This document shows, piece after piece, positions 38,401 through 45,607 of a stretch of DNA of 64,000 bases (within the stretch, counting starts at the first letter, position 1; every line of letters starts with the position of its first letter). The notes beneath the pieces are model-generated. The model was not told the DNA's origin. It saw only the letters and a program-made list of their open reading frames with translations, and made no database searches. Location of the stretch: the IMG/VR virus record IMGVR_UViG_3300044712_000083, positions 32,001 through 96,000 of that record. One strand, 5' to 3'. The translations under genes and the position numbers were made by a program. This stretch comes from a virus.

Positions 38401-41400
38401 CAATAGAAACCTCACCTCTACGCTCATTACCTTTCACTGTAGGAACAATGATTAAAGGAGTAGTTTCTAGCGAATCATCGGTAATTAATTGCGCATCTTG
38501 TGCAGAAGTTCTTGTTTGATAGTCAGGTTGATCTTTACCATTCTCATCTTTATATGTATTGTAAACAGGTACACCAAAAGATGCCTCAATGCTTTCAGGA
38601 ATTAACTCATCACTAGCTAAGTATTCTTCACGATCTTGAGCATGTTGTTCTTTAATCTGCTTAATAAGATCTTCATCAGTTCCTTTTCGGAACATAGATT
38701 CTCCACCATACTTCTCGCTCCATCTAAATTCTTCAGTAGGCATTACTTGATATACTGCCTCATCTAATACACGCTTTTCAAATACTTCATCTGTCTCACC
38801 TTCCTTACGTACAATACGCTCTCCGAACTCATTAATTACATGTAACTTTCCATCCTCATCCTCTTCTACAACTACCATAGGTAACATAGTCTTATGATCA
38901 ACATCATTTGTAGCAAGATGTTGAGTTAATCCTGGGATACCTAAAGTAACTTGTGTTTTAAAGTTAACGATTACACCCTTAACTCTATTTCTAAGTTCTG
39001 TAGGAAAGTTTGAAAGACGTGCACCAAAACGAACTGATCTATCATATCCTTCAAACTGTTGAGAAGGAATTGTAGAAGAAGCAATATCAGCTGTGTCTTT
39101 CTTACTAGTTGTTTCTATAGTGTTATCTATAGGACCTACTGGAACGCTAGACTTATCTTCTGTACCAAGGATAGCTTTTTGTAAAGCTTTATCTTTTCTT
39201 AACTTCTCCTCTTCAGCTAATTGTTCTTCGTATTCTTTAATTGTATTCTGAAATGAATCTAAGATTGTAGCCTTAGACATTTGTTGTGCAATTAAGTTAT
39301 CTAACTCAGAAGTTAATTCACCAACTTTAGCAATTAATGCATTAGTTTTAATTTGTAAGCTAGGAATCTTTAACTCATCAGCAAAGTCATTGATGTCAGA
39401 TTCTAATTGTAATACAGCTTCTGTAAATCCTAGACGCTGTTCAATAAACAATTTAGCACCTTCTTCTCCTTGGAACTTTTCAATCTGTTCTTGTAAAGCT
39501 TCAATGTTCAAAGGCATACCAGGATTCTCTTCTCTAAGTCTCTTGATATAATCGCTTAATAAAGATAAAGCATCTGTCAATGCTTCTTGTGTAGCCTGTA
39601 ATAAATCTTGATTGTATTTAATAGCATCGTTTGTATTGTCAATTAAGTCTTCTAATACATTGATGTCTTTCTTAACTTGCTCAAGAATGTCACTAGCTTC
39701 TCCTTCCATAGTATCCATATTATCATATAGATTCTCAATGTAAGGAATAGCAGATTCTAATTCTGTTTTCTCAGCCTCAAGACTTGCAATCTCTTCTGTT
39801 AAATCATTTGCAAGTTTAGCTAGATTATTAATCGTAGTCTTTACTTTCTTAGTTAGCTTCTTACCACCATCTACTTCTGAATTAATTTTCTTTAATTCTT
39901 CTTCTGCAGTAGCTAAACGTTCTTTGTTCTTTGTAAGCTTCTCTGTAACCTCATCTAATCTTTCTTTTGTATTGTTGTAAAGATCAGTGATCATCTTAGT
40001 TCTTAGGTAAGATGGATCTGTAGAAAGTGTATCTTCTGAAGATAAGTAATCCTCTAATGCTTGTTGCTCCTCAGCAGTTAACTTACCTATAGCTTGAAGC
40101 ATTGCTTGTTTATAGCCTTTCTTAGCTTTAAACATAGACTGCTTAACTTCTCTTGTAACAGTTTTACCTTTAGCATTCTTATACTTGAATACTAATGCAT
40201 CTTTTACTGGATCATATTCTAATGTACCTTCAGTACCTTTTCCTTCCTCATCTTTAACTCCGTGGTGAAGATACTTCTTATTCCAGTTAGCTAAATAGAA
40301 TTTAAGCTTGCTATTCTTAGCAGCATCAGCAGTATCACCTACATGTAACTTGTTGAAATAGTTAGCAGGAACATCTAACTCTGTACCATCAGATTCTTTA
40401 ATACGATATGTACCATCCTCGTTCTTTCCAATTAAAGTGAACTTAGGAGATTTGTAAACGTCTTCACCTTTCTCATTCTGTGTAGCAGGACGTGGAGAAT
40501 AATACTCTTTACCAATCTGTAAGTTTAAATCACCATTCTTAGCTTTAACTTTGATAGTTTCGTTCTCACCAGCTTGTTCAGCTGCCTTACGCATTTCTTC
40601 TTGCAGCTTTTCTTTCATATCCATTACGACATACTTTAATGGATTATCAACGATATCGTTGTATTCTGCAATGAATTTACTTCTACGTAATGCTAACTCC
40701 ATCACGTCTACAGCAGACTGAGTTAGTTCTTTCTTATCATCATTATCTAATAATGGAAGCTCATCAATTTTTGCAAGTATTGCATCTCTTGTTTCATTTG
40801 CAATCTCACCAGTGGTGTTTGCTTCTTGAATTGCTGCACTAACATCAATTTCACCTAATGATGTTTCTAATTGAGGAATACGTCTGTTATAATCAGTTAC
40901 TTTAGCTTTAGCATAAGTTAACTTGTTGATGATAGATTTCGGATACAAAGGCTTCTTTGTTTCAGGATCTATCATTCCTTCATACTTCAACTTAATACCT
41001 TCGTGAATCTTAGCTGTAGTATTAGCCTGCTCTTGAATAGCATCTAATCTAGCAATGAAAGATTCTTTATTATCAGTCTCAGCTGCTTTACCAGATTTTT
41101 GTAAATCTTCAAAATCACTAATAGCTTGTTGTCTAAGTTCATTGATTTCTAAATCAATAGCTTCTTTAGCACCATACTCTAAACGTGCAGCAATAGAAGC
41201 ATGTAAGTAATCAAATTCCTTATCTTTAGATTCTAGTTTATCATTTGCAACAATTGCATCTGCACGTTCTTTTTGAGCAGCTGCACCAATTTTAACAAAG
41301 TCATTTACTGCTTTTAACTTATCACCAATCATACTATCGTTCCAAGCTTTGATTGCTGACTCTCTTAATCTACCTTCTTCTCCACCATAACCTGTAAACC

Positions 41401-42817
41401 CTCTTTGTTTTACAGTACCAACAACACTAGATAAACCTCCTGAGAATGCCCCTGTAAAAATATTTAGTAAACCCTCGTCTGTAGTTAATGCTTCTTCAAT
41501 ACCATAGTTTACACCATCCTTAATAATGTCTGCACCTTCTCCTTTGTATTTTTTACTAAAGTAATTTTGTGTAGCATTCTGAATAGCAAACTGTGCACCT
41601 TCCTCAAATCCTTCTGATTTACTAAAAAGTAATCCACCTACTTTAGCTCCTTGATATAATAACTTTTTAAATCCTGATTGAGGCAATGCGCTAACATACT
41701 TACCTTCTCTCAGCATAGTATTAAGTACCTTTGTTTCACCTTTGAATGTAGATGAAAATACTTTAGGTAACATGATGTGGTTAGTAACTGTCAACAACGC
41801 AGTGTTTGCTAACCAGCTGTAGTTACCTACACGCTCAGCATAGTCATTAATCTCAGCCAATGCATCATCATCTGGAGCATAACCATGTTTTTGTTTATAC
41901 TCAGCAATCATCTTCTCTCTAAACTCTTGAGAGTTATTCAACGCTTCAAAACCTGCCTCAGATGCAGTAGCAGTTGTAGCTACAATTGATTTATTAACTA
42001 CTGCAGGATCTTTAAGTTTACCTCCTACAGATGCTTTTGCTCTTGCTAAAATTTCTTCAAGTCTAGATGTAGTGTTTGCAATAGACGCAGATTCTCCTGC
42101 TACAACTCCTTCACCAATTACAGCATCTGCTTCAGCTGCCCACTTAGCACCAAATCCAGAAATTTTAGATGTGACACCTAAAGCTTTTAATGCACCACCC
42201 CAAACAAAACCAGCACCAATAGAACCTACTGTATATCCTAAGTTCTTTACAATGTTATCAAAGAAGAAGTTACCTGTAAATAAGTTAGCAGGTTCCCACC
42301 AATTACCTTTTTTCTCACGTTCTGTTTTGTAATGAGCGTAATTGTTTTCTAATTGTTGTGTATACTCATTAAGACTTTCAGATAAATCATTCTTCCAAAA
42401 TGAAGTAGCATCTTGATCACCAATAGCTTTGGTAATACCATATACTGTTCCTACAGTACCATTAATGAATGCACTTGATGCAATACCTGCGAATTTAGCA
42501 ACACCATTGATTGCTTTATCACCAAGAGATTGTTGCTGCGCATACATCTCTTCGTTATCTCTACCAGCATAAAATTTTGGATAACGTCCTGAAAAATCAA
42601 TCTCACTTCCAGGAATAGAAGGCAAGTCATTTCCTTTACTTGTGGTTTGTAATGCTAAGTTGTTAAACATTTCCACCTGATTAAGAGGACCAGCACTTGC
42701 TCTAGGAGCAGATGCGCCACGTATTCTTGGTAGGTTCGCTGTTTCATCTGGAAAAACTACACCTAGATTCTCAGTAGGTTTGAATCCTTTGAATTCTTCT
42801 GGAAGTTGATCTGCCAT
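29471..42817 (-). CDS. Giant virion-packaged DNA-dependent RNA polymerase (crAss-like type) with a zincin-like domain and C-terminal NADAR-like domain
   Basis: FRIPTQ followed by GSDFDIDKL (about 32594-32608), the catalytic motif of crAss-like virion RNAPs; YHEAFE; C-terminal LSNF...TVEGALQASK...LLETG...MEVRDEL. Confidence 0.9.
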   Translation of the reverse strand: MADQLPEEFKGFKPTENLGVVFPDETANLPRIRGASAPRASAGPLNQVEMFNNLALQTTSKGNDLPSIPGSEIDFSGRYPKFYAGRDNEEMYAQQQSLGDKAINGVAKFAGIASSAFINGTVGTVYGITKAIGDQDATSFWKNDLSESLNEYTQQLENNYAHYKTEREKKGNWWEPANLFTGNFFFDNIVKNLGYTVGSIGAGFVWGGALKALGVTSKISGFGAKWAAEADAVIGEGVVAGESASIANTTSRLEEILARAKASVGGKLKDPAVVNKSIVATTATASEAGFEALNNSQEFREKMIAEYKQKHGYAPDDDALAEINDYAERVGNYSWLANTALLTVTNHIMLPKVFSSTFKGETKVLNTMLREGKYVSALPQSGFKKLLYQGAKVGGLLFSKSEGFEEGAQFAIQNATQNYFSKKYKGEGADIIKDGVNYGIEEALTTDEGLLNIFTGAFSGGLSSVVGTVKQRGFTGYGGEEGRLRESAIKAWNDSMIGDKLKAVNDFVKIGAAAQKERADAIVANDKLESKDKEFDYLHASIAARLEYGAKEAIDLEINELRQQAISDFEDLQKSGKAAETDNKESFIARLDAIQEQANTTAKIHEGIKLKYEGMIDPETKKPLYPKSIINKLTYAKAKVTDYNRRIPQLETSLGEIDVSAAIQEANTTGEIANETRDAILAKIDELPLLDNDDKKELTQSAVDVMELALRRSKFIAEYNDIVDNPLKYVVMDMKEKLQEEMRKAAEQAGENETIKVKAKNGDLNLQIGKEYYSPRPATQNEKGEDVYKSPKFTLIGKNEDGTYRIKESDGTELDVPANYFNKLHVGDTADAAKNSKLKFYLANWNKKYLHHGVKDEEGKGTEGTLEYDPVKDALVFKYKNAKGKTVTREVKQSMFKAKKGYKQAMLQAIGKLTAEEQQALEDYLSSEDTLSTDPSYLRTKMITDLYNNTKERLDEVTEKLTKNKERLATAEEELKKINSEVDGGKKLTKKVKTTINNLAKLANDLTEEIASLEAEKTELESAIPYIENLYDNMDTMEGEASDILEQVKKDINVLEDLIDNTNDAIKYNQDLLQATQEALTDALSLLSDYIKRLREENPGMPLNIEALQEQIEKFQGEEGAKLFIEQRLGFTEAVLQLESDINDFADELKIPSLQIKTNALIAKVGELTSELDNLIAQQMSKATILDSFQNTIKEYEEQLAEEEKLRKDKALQKAILGTEDKSSVPVGPIDNTIETTSKKDTADIASSTIPSQQFEGYDRSVRFGARLSNFPTELRNRVKGVIVNFKTQVTLGIPGLTQHLATNDVDHKTMLPMVVVEEDEDGKLHVINEFGERIVRKEGETDEVFEKRVLDEAVYQVMPTEEFRWSEKYGGESMFRKGTDEDLIKQIKEQHAQDREEYLASDELIPESIEASFGVPVYNTYKDENGKDQPDYQTRTSAQDAQLITDDSLETTPLIIVPTVKGNERRGEVSIEAKVGMPLLALRNGLAKLVNRNFNKKEAEVIYEMILRLSNNIFKDGNAISSDSPEIIEWLKTVVYWGTPKDSEGNKKDPGFSSIFFEYANDEEDSLLLSMSGKGLKIPFTPTELERRKEGIIAIIQGMYGNVNSTQATKNWDAPYYQITGVNEEGELTKVRWENYQSFLLSNKNPDGSARATEDIPLATRLKPIEAATDINRDSIYFTINGKREYYRSKVETAEKKAEKKATASNRKAMASKKLTPASKANKPKKTTSEPKPTKTNGKDLNTTQLESHPYLGEIEYTAVKEGDGYAVDVKINDEMRSVASDPEHQEAVNKLFAIAKIAYPADAPLDFETAKDLEPEELFKIATQLIISAQLMQNKTTPQEVAEEEVVEEEEVTEEETTDAIADIERRREKNLEDTGDPFDFVPKEPRADGRFSAFYQTTKESDIFDTYEEAVDWINSKYDEELAALETAEEETTSEEPTAEQLLKQERRKSRRNNSKYRLAKLLESINHYEGENWEKVAAFMKANFPTIPLYRVKNLIQGANGVRAFGMLKDSAIYLAENAEVGSIYHEAFEAVMDMFTTPAERSALRAEFRARTGTFVDRETGRTIEYSKASNDEIREQMAEEARDYFQYGKRPVAANKEKSAIAQFFADLWQFIKELFVGPQAKSNLEKIFQQMGSGYYAQSSANESALSFANKGIIDIEDAFGDNASKYRVAGLTSAQLNDILQNMTFEAVISILERPDTNFFEFNNVNKDILYDELKDITLELFETNIELLKELRNSKKIEEDVYTKLVTNQNNLLSVVNQQWDNIFSELDSYLKKFGIEFDENDNVILNDENNSGRGDYQQADKIDSLKKANAAVKLLISSLPQVDPVTGEFVETALGGVRLIPTAQAYVTIQNAVVGARNVEEMIDNLTDLAKRDKNYERVVNRLTHNGDLSDLATEGDVNLVNAFWRLFKKQNPDVKNVYILANGDIQVGDSNFSTAARQVKKDFLAGLTNRARTGSLYIQKSGVNYVGKKGSLSKVDLKKTAGQIAFLNNLGIKGFTRSEVDRLNVQDRKNFDDAVKGIYESISKGSKIISNQGKTLDIDGRLNTLSELKAKIDNPEFSSTYYNINGEKTQTFIGPNAASELFDVLSKIDNLEELRDTRYSYILTDDFARNSVLIKSMFTSKGFRKENSERYFKPGVADGMNNAVTNKKKPSSKLNFKERTILEMNLNEAGYFLSLVPGDASMEWMNYMGKHVTAKDPEEVLNIFKGYFMDELSLSRDTNRTFVQNKQETRSKKDLRFFKAILADDAAKTETERNALHDKIVNAEGSIEKVYEKYEKEINKAIVNFITKDANAFTENVLKQYEIVTESTKDENSYKVEDLPFITKSTISKEQFNKIMYAQTANYMIANIELHKLLYSDPYQYADELKRIKNFNSPGQKIMAGSPKMNKAMERVYNEGFEKGGIGYSNFIRDHFRTITLADVKAIHDLKGYMGKAYDETDGGGMITFPAHRKFRIRAGEWNSAEERQYRYDIAWEKRDKKQKLSPQEEELLAKGNPGVKSAYTPLKPISRGNKDNGKDYNDIMLDKFALFPLSYRILHELSEKDEAGNLVNSTNALKLYDKMIAEDIDYAVYASGRKVGAEQVNDLYDKSGAMNTAKFKGIVNVPFGIIDIQSEVPSKSEDIVTRGSQATKLITMDFMAGGVPVDYMPGKEFEERFIAWSQETNKETASKLYKEIKNNQALLEAITETGYQTLLKKLGLTKTKDGYVVSNIDKVIDLLTSSIASRDVNDNVISALEGMRAGQVIMEATPAYDQLRNILYSIADSTVISPKITGGQKVQMSSRLLETVNAKKDPVKGKAYISEVLKFYVDDDGQRVCEIMVGRWFKSDKTDEELMNYFNNTEEGKAQLAAITGIAFRIPTQKQNSIDAFRIAKFLPAEFGDSVIVPGPLVQKAGSDFDIDKLSIYFKNLRTGKNGYPEVIPFYGIGKEARAKFAEMYDSMNKDEASLYDELFEEAQKESFIEGDLKAAITAVEKREAVIDSLYKKSLQNAYIQSSENLVTSPENFEQLTKPNSADQLKGLATEINGLLGIQEIDYSSPGNMLSREFMSKLRHAFVTGKYAIGIAAVNQTNHANNQRMFMFLDRPKIENMSEEDQMWLGDGVINFEMKNEVDHPTLGKVVTLSMIKNKAKEYISDILGQFIDGYVDIAKGPWIMELGATPNVASTWMFLVKAGVPIRDVAMFMNQPIIRDFLRKLESQGYSWLFNDGVLEDTLNDYSSTMSEKSTKIPDADTLAGLVGKKVSKLTSSEKAEQRYMLKEFLKYARMANHLYQVTQGSNFDTATINDPFIVFKKQMQLDKAQGTMFSSLNSEGTVVPGVDMLMEESFIKNLYDYIKEIRDGLAKFLISDSGNIRPLMHRVLEPYVDMSDRDFTKVAQMAVKSLFDWAVQVDGNMAAFIPELLISDKENFANKMMNFVNEVKANPTHDLYNNQVINSLRMTSIDQDGSNVYNIQIINKDNKVYDQNQIIYAFEEIKNYLKGRENEDLYKNLVNVAVLQSGLTSSPISFTSLLPYEDFTDIYNAALSKIDKMTNLDDFYTMNAFQRNNWNNSDVVPTKRGKYKVSEATGRKFNPDLILPKSVKQAVAFKNLPMIIKISAFSKESNSDVITYTWEDPKLTSKQKFAMRAKGDYSFIYKGLFQRVKDADGKPYMRTNIGSDGKTYKSYIYKMINALGDGFRANEYYDTNRASVIDNGYIKVVNAQNSKGQRISKSEVTDENVLYYFDKSLGTPVQNEQTEDVEKINVMFTSGEYKDLSNFAFKRFRTLIAGKYKVFLTVEGALQASKLLYTNSYLKTRKLTADQQKTLDSLVKANGYNAKKIGEGIKDLNTKQWDGAYNKVMKKLMTESFTQNPDKLEKLLETGNMEITHKLGGVEQDKGRFSKIIMEVRDELRGDQGDAVVENPTAEETVLLRGKPWNKADVTAENLLAAGFSIKEIGKILNDLIC

Positions 42818-45519
42818 TATCTATTCTTTTTTTGCATTAATAAATCAAGTTGCGATGGACTAATTCCATGCGAAGCATTTTGTAATACTGGATTTAATTG
42901 TCCATCAGGTAAATACTTAGGAAGTCCTTGTGGATAATCAATAGGATCAGGATATAAAACTTTTTTACCATTTGATCCTGGAACATTATATAATTCAAAC
43001 CAAACAGATGCTGGATTTGCTTTATCACTAATTAAATTACCAGATACTCTACTATATTTTGTTCCTTTTAAATGAATAAACTTATCTGAATTAAACCAAG
43101 GTACACCTGGTGCTTTTGCAGTTGTACCATCTTCATTTAATTTTAAAATTACTTCTGGAGTAGGAGTTAAGTCATATGCTGGATTACCAGTCATAAATGT
43201 ATAATCTTCAGCATCAACTATTACACTAGCTCTACCTTTACTAGAAGTAGTAACCATTTTATATTTTGCTTTACCATCTATGTCAGAAATTTCAAATATG
43301 GTTTTAGCACCTGGTGCATTAGCTACAGTGTTGTATTGATCAGGATTAAATGAAGAATCCTCATTTAAACCTGAACTATATTTTTCAAGAACTGTTGCTC
43401 TATTTTGTGCAATTGTAGCTGCATTATCTGTACCCTCTTTAACAGGTTCAATATATGGAGCTTTCATATATCCTGCAGCAGCATACAATTTACCAACTGC
43501 TTGAGCAATTTTTGTATTAATAGAACTAGCTAACAAGTTACCTGCTTTTGTTACTTCAGGATGAGTTACAATTGAACTTGCTAAACCAAATAAACCTTCT
43601 CTTTCACGAACTAATGCATCTTTGATTATATCATAACGCTCTCCATACTTTGCTTTTAGTTTTCTTTCAGCTAATGCAGCGTTTGCTTTTTGAGAAGCAT
43701 CAACTGTAAATCCTCCAAAAACATTAAATTGCTTTGGAACTAGTTTAGCAAATTCTACAATATCTTGTTTAGGAATTAAAGCGTTCATTCCTCCTGGAAG
43801 AGCCACTTTAACATCATTCACCTTACTTAAAACATCTGTGTATTCAGATACATCTTCTCCTTCAGCTGCAACAATTGCTTTAGCTTTCTCTAAAGTCTTT
43901 TTAATTCTAGCTCCTTTTGCAGAAACAGAATCATTTGTTTTAATGAAGTCTCTAATCAATCCATGATAGTCACCATCTACACTAGCAGGATTTTCAGTAA
44001 ATTGACTAACTAATCTACCAGCAAATCTATCGATCATTGCTTCATAACTTTTATCATCCCCACCTGACCATTTTTCAATAGACTTAAGTACTTCCTCGTC
44101 ACTTAGATTAGGCTTATTTCTTTTAACCCATTGAATAGCTAATTGTCTAGCAGTAGCAGCTTGTTTTTCTACATCTGCTTGATAACCCGCTTCGTAATCA
44201 TTTTTAATTGCTTCAGGATCACTAGTATCTAATGGTCCTTTTACTTTCTTCTCATTTACACCAACTTTTTCAGGAAACTGACCATACTTACCTTTATACT
44301 CAAATCTCCATTTTTGAAAATCAGCTTCTTTATCAGCAGCGTGTTCTTTTCTTAAAGTATTAAATTCACTACGTTGTCTAGCTTCTGTCTGCAATTGTAA
44401 AGCAAACTTTCTATCCATGTCCATTACTTGATACCAAGGATTAATCTTGTATTCAGTAATGTCAGAAACTTCTTTCATCTGAGCAGCTGTGCCTTGTAAG
44501 AAGTTTGTACTATATAGATTAGCTCTTATTGCATCTGCATTCTTAGCAACATAATCAAGATTAGTAACTTCACTGCGTTGTTTCTCAATTGCAGAAAGTG
44601 CACTTACAGCATCTTCTTTAGCTGCTTGTAATACTTGTAGTTTTTCTGGATCATATTCAGAGTTACTAGCAAAGTCAATTGCCATATCAAGACGTGCAAT
44701 CTCTGTTTCTAATTTACCAATGTGTTCAGTAAAAGTAAGATTAGTTGTAGCAGCTAATTGTTCAGGAGTTAAGTCCTTGTTCTCATACATACCTGTAATA
44801 GCAAGTTGTTGCTTTATTTCAGGTGTAAGAGAATTCTTAAACGCAAGTAATAACTTCTCTGCTGTCTTTCCTTTGAGGTGACGCTCAGCCATTACCTTAT
44901 TAATCTTAGGTGATAATTGTCCTTGAGCATTACGCTCCATTACAACTTTACCATTGACTGTTTCAAACAATTCAGGAACAACTGCCTCATCAATACCTGT
45001 GTCCTTTGCAACTTTTCTAAAGTGCTCCATCACATCTACATAAGGAATGTACTTACCATTGAATTGATCGCCAAGCTCTCCATTCATGTAAGTTTGCAAT
45101 TGCTTATCGTAGAAGTCTTTATTCTCAGGCTTTAACAATCCCTTCTTCTCAGCCTCTGCCATCTTCTGATTATTCTTTTTGATTTGAGCAGCAGAATAAA
45201 CAGCAGATTGAACGTAAGGATCTTTAATGATTTGAGAAGCCATACCACCAACAGATGATACTAATTGTTGATTAGAGAAGTCTCCAGCAGCGACTGCTGT
45301 AAGATTATCTCCCAAAGCATTGAGTTTAGATTCAATATATGCTTTATCCTGAGGTCTAGGAGCATCTAAGCCAGCTACATTATCAATGTAGTTTTGAATT
45401 TTCTCAACACCTTGATCATACTGTTTTTGCTTATACGCACCAACTTTCATCATCAACTCCACTGGGAGCTGTTGAACGTAGGGTTTGAATTGCGTTATTG
45501 CGTCTTTATATGAAGCCAT
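42817..45519 (-). CDS. Virion cargo / ejection protein
   Basis: 900 aa, helical; syntenic position upstream of the virion RNAP, coupled by TAATG. Confidence 0.7.
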   Translation of the reverse strand: MASYKDAITQFKPYVQQLPVELMMKVGAYKQKQYDQGVEKIQNYIDNVAGLDAPRPQDKAYIESKLNALGDNLTAVAAGDFSNQQLVSSVGGMASQIIKDPYVQSAVYSAAQIKKNNQKMAEAEKKGLLKPENKDFYDKQLQTYMNGELGDQFNGKYIPYVDVMEHFRKVAKDTGIDEAVVPELFETVNGKVVMERNAQGQLSPKINKVMAERHLKGKTAEKLLLAFKNSLTPEIKQQLAITGMYENKDLTPEQLAATTNLTFTEHIGKLETEIARLDMAIDFASNSEYDPEKLQVLQAAKEDAVSALSAIEKQRSEVTNLDYVAKNADAIRANLYSTNFLQGTAAQMKEVSDITEYKINPWYQVMDMDRKFALQLQTEARQRSEFNTLRKEHAADKEADFQKWRFEYKGKYGQFPEKVGVNEKKVKGPLDTSDPEAIKNDYEAGYQADVEKQAATARQLAIQWVKRNKPNLSDEEVLKSIEKWSGGDDKSYEAMIDRFAGRLVSQFTENPASVDGDYHGLIRDFIKTNDSVSAKGARIKKTLEKAKAIVAAEGEDVSEYTDVLSKVNDVKVALPGGMNALIPKQDIVEFAKLVPKQFNVFGGFTVDASQKANAALAERKLKAKYGERYDIIKDALVREREGLFGLASSIVTHPEVTKAGNLLASSINTKIAQAVGKLYAAAGYMKAPYIEPVKEGTDNAATIAQNRATVLEKYSSGLNEDSSFNPDQYNTVANAPGAKTIFEISDIDGKAKYKMVTTSSKGRASVIVDAEDYTFMTGNPAYDLTPTPEVILKLNEDGTTAKAPGVPWFNSDKFIHLKGTKYSRVSGNLISDKANPASVWFELYNVPGSNGKKVLYPDPIDYPQGLPKYLPDGQLNPVLQNASHGISPSQLDLLMQKKNR

Positions 45520-45535
45520 AAGAGAGTATAATTAA

Positions 45536-45565
45536 CAAATATAATTTAAAATATTATATATACAA
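45536..45565 (-). promoter_or_regulatory. Bacteroidota sigma-A-type promoter
   Basis: Minus strand TTG (45565-45563), N19, TATATTTG (45543-45536). Confidence 0.75.
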
Positions 45566-45607
45566 GGGCTAGTAACAAAAGTTGTTAATCTTGTATAATC
45601 AACTTGG

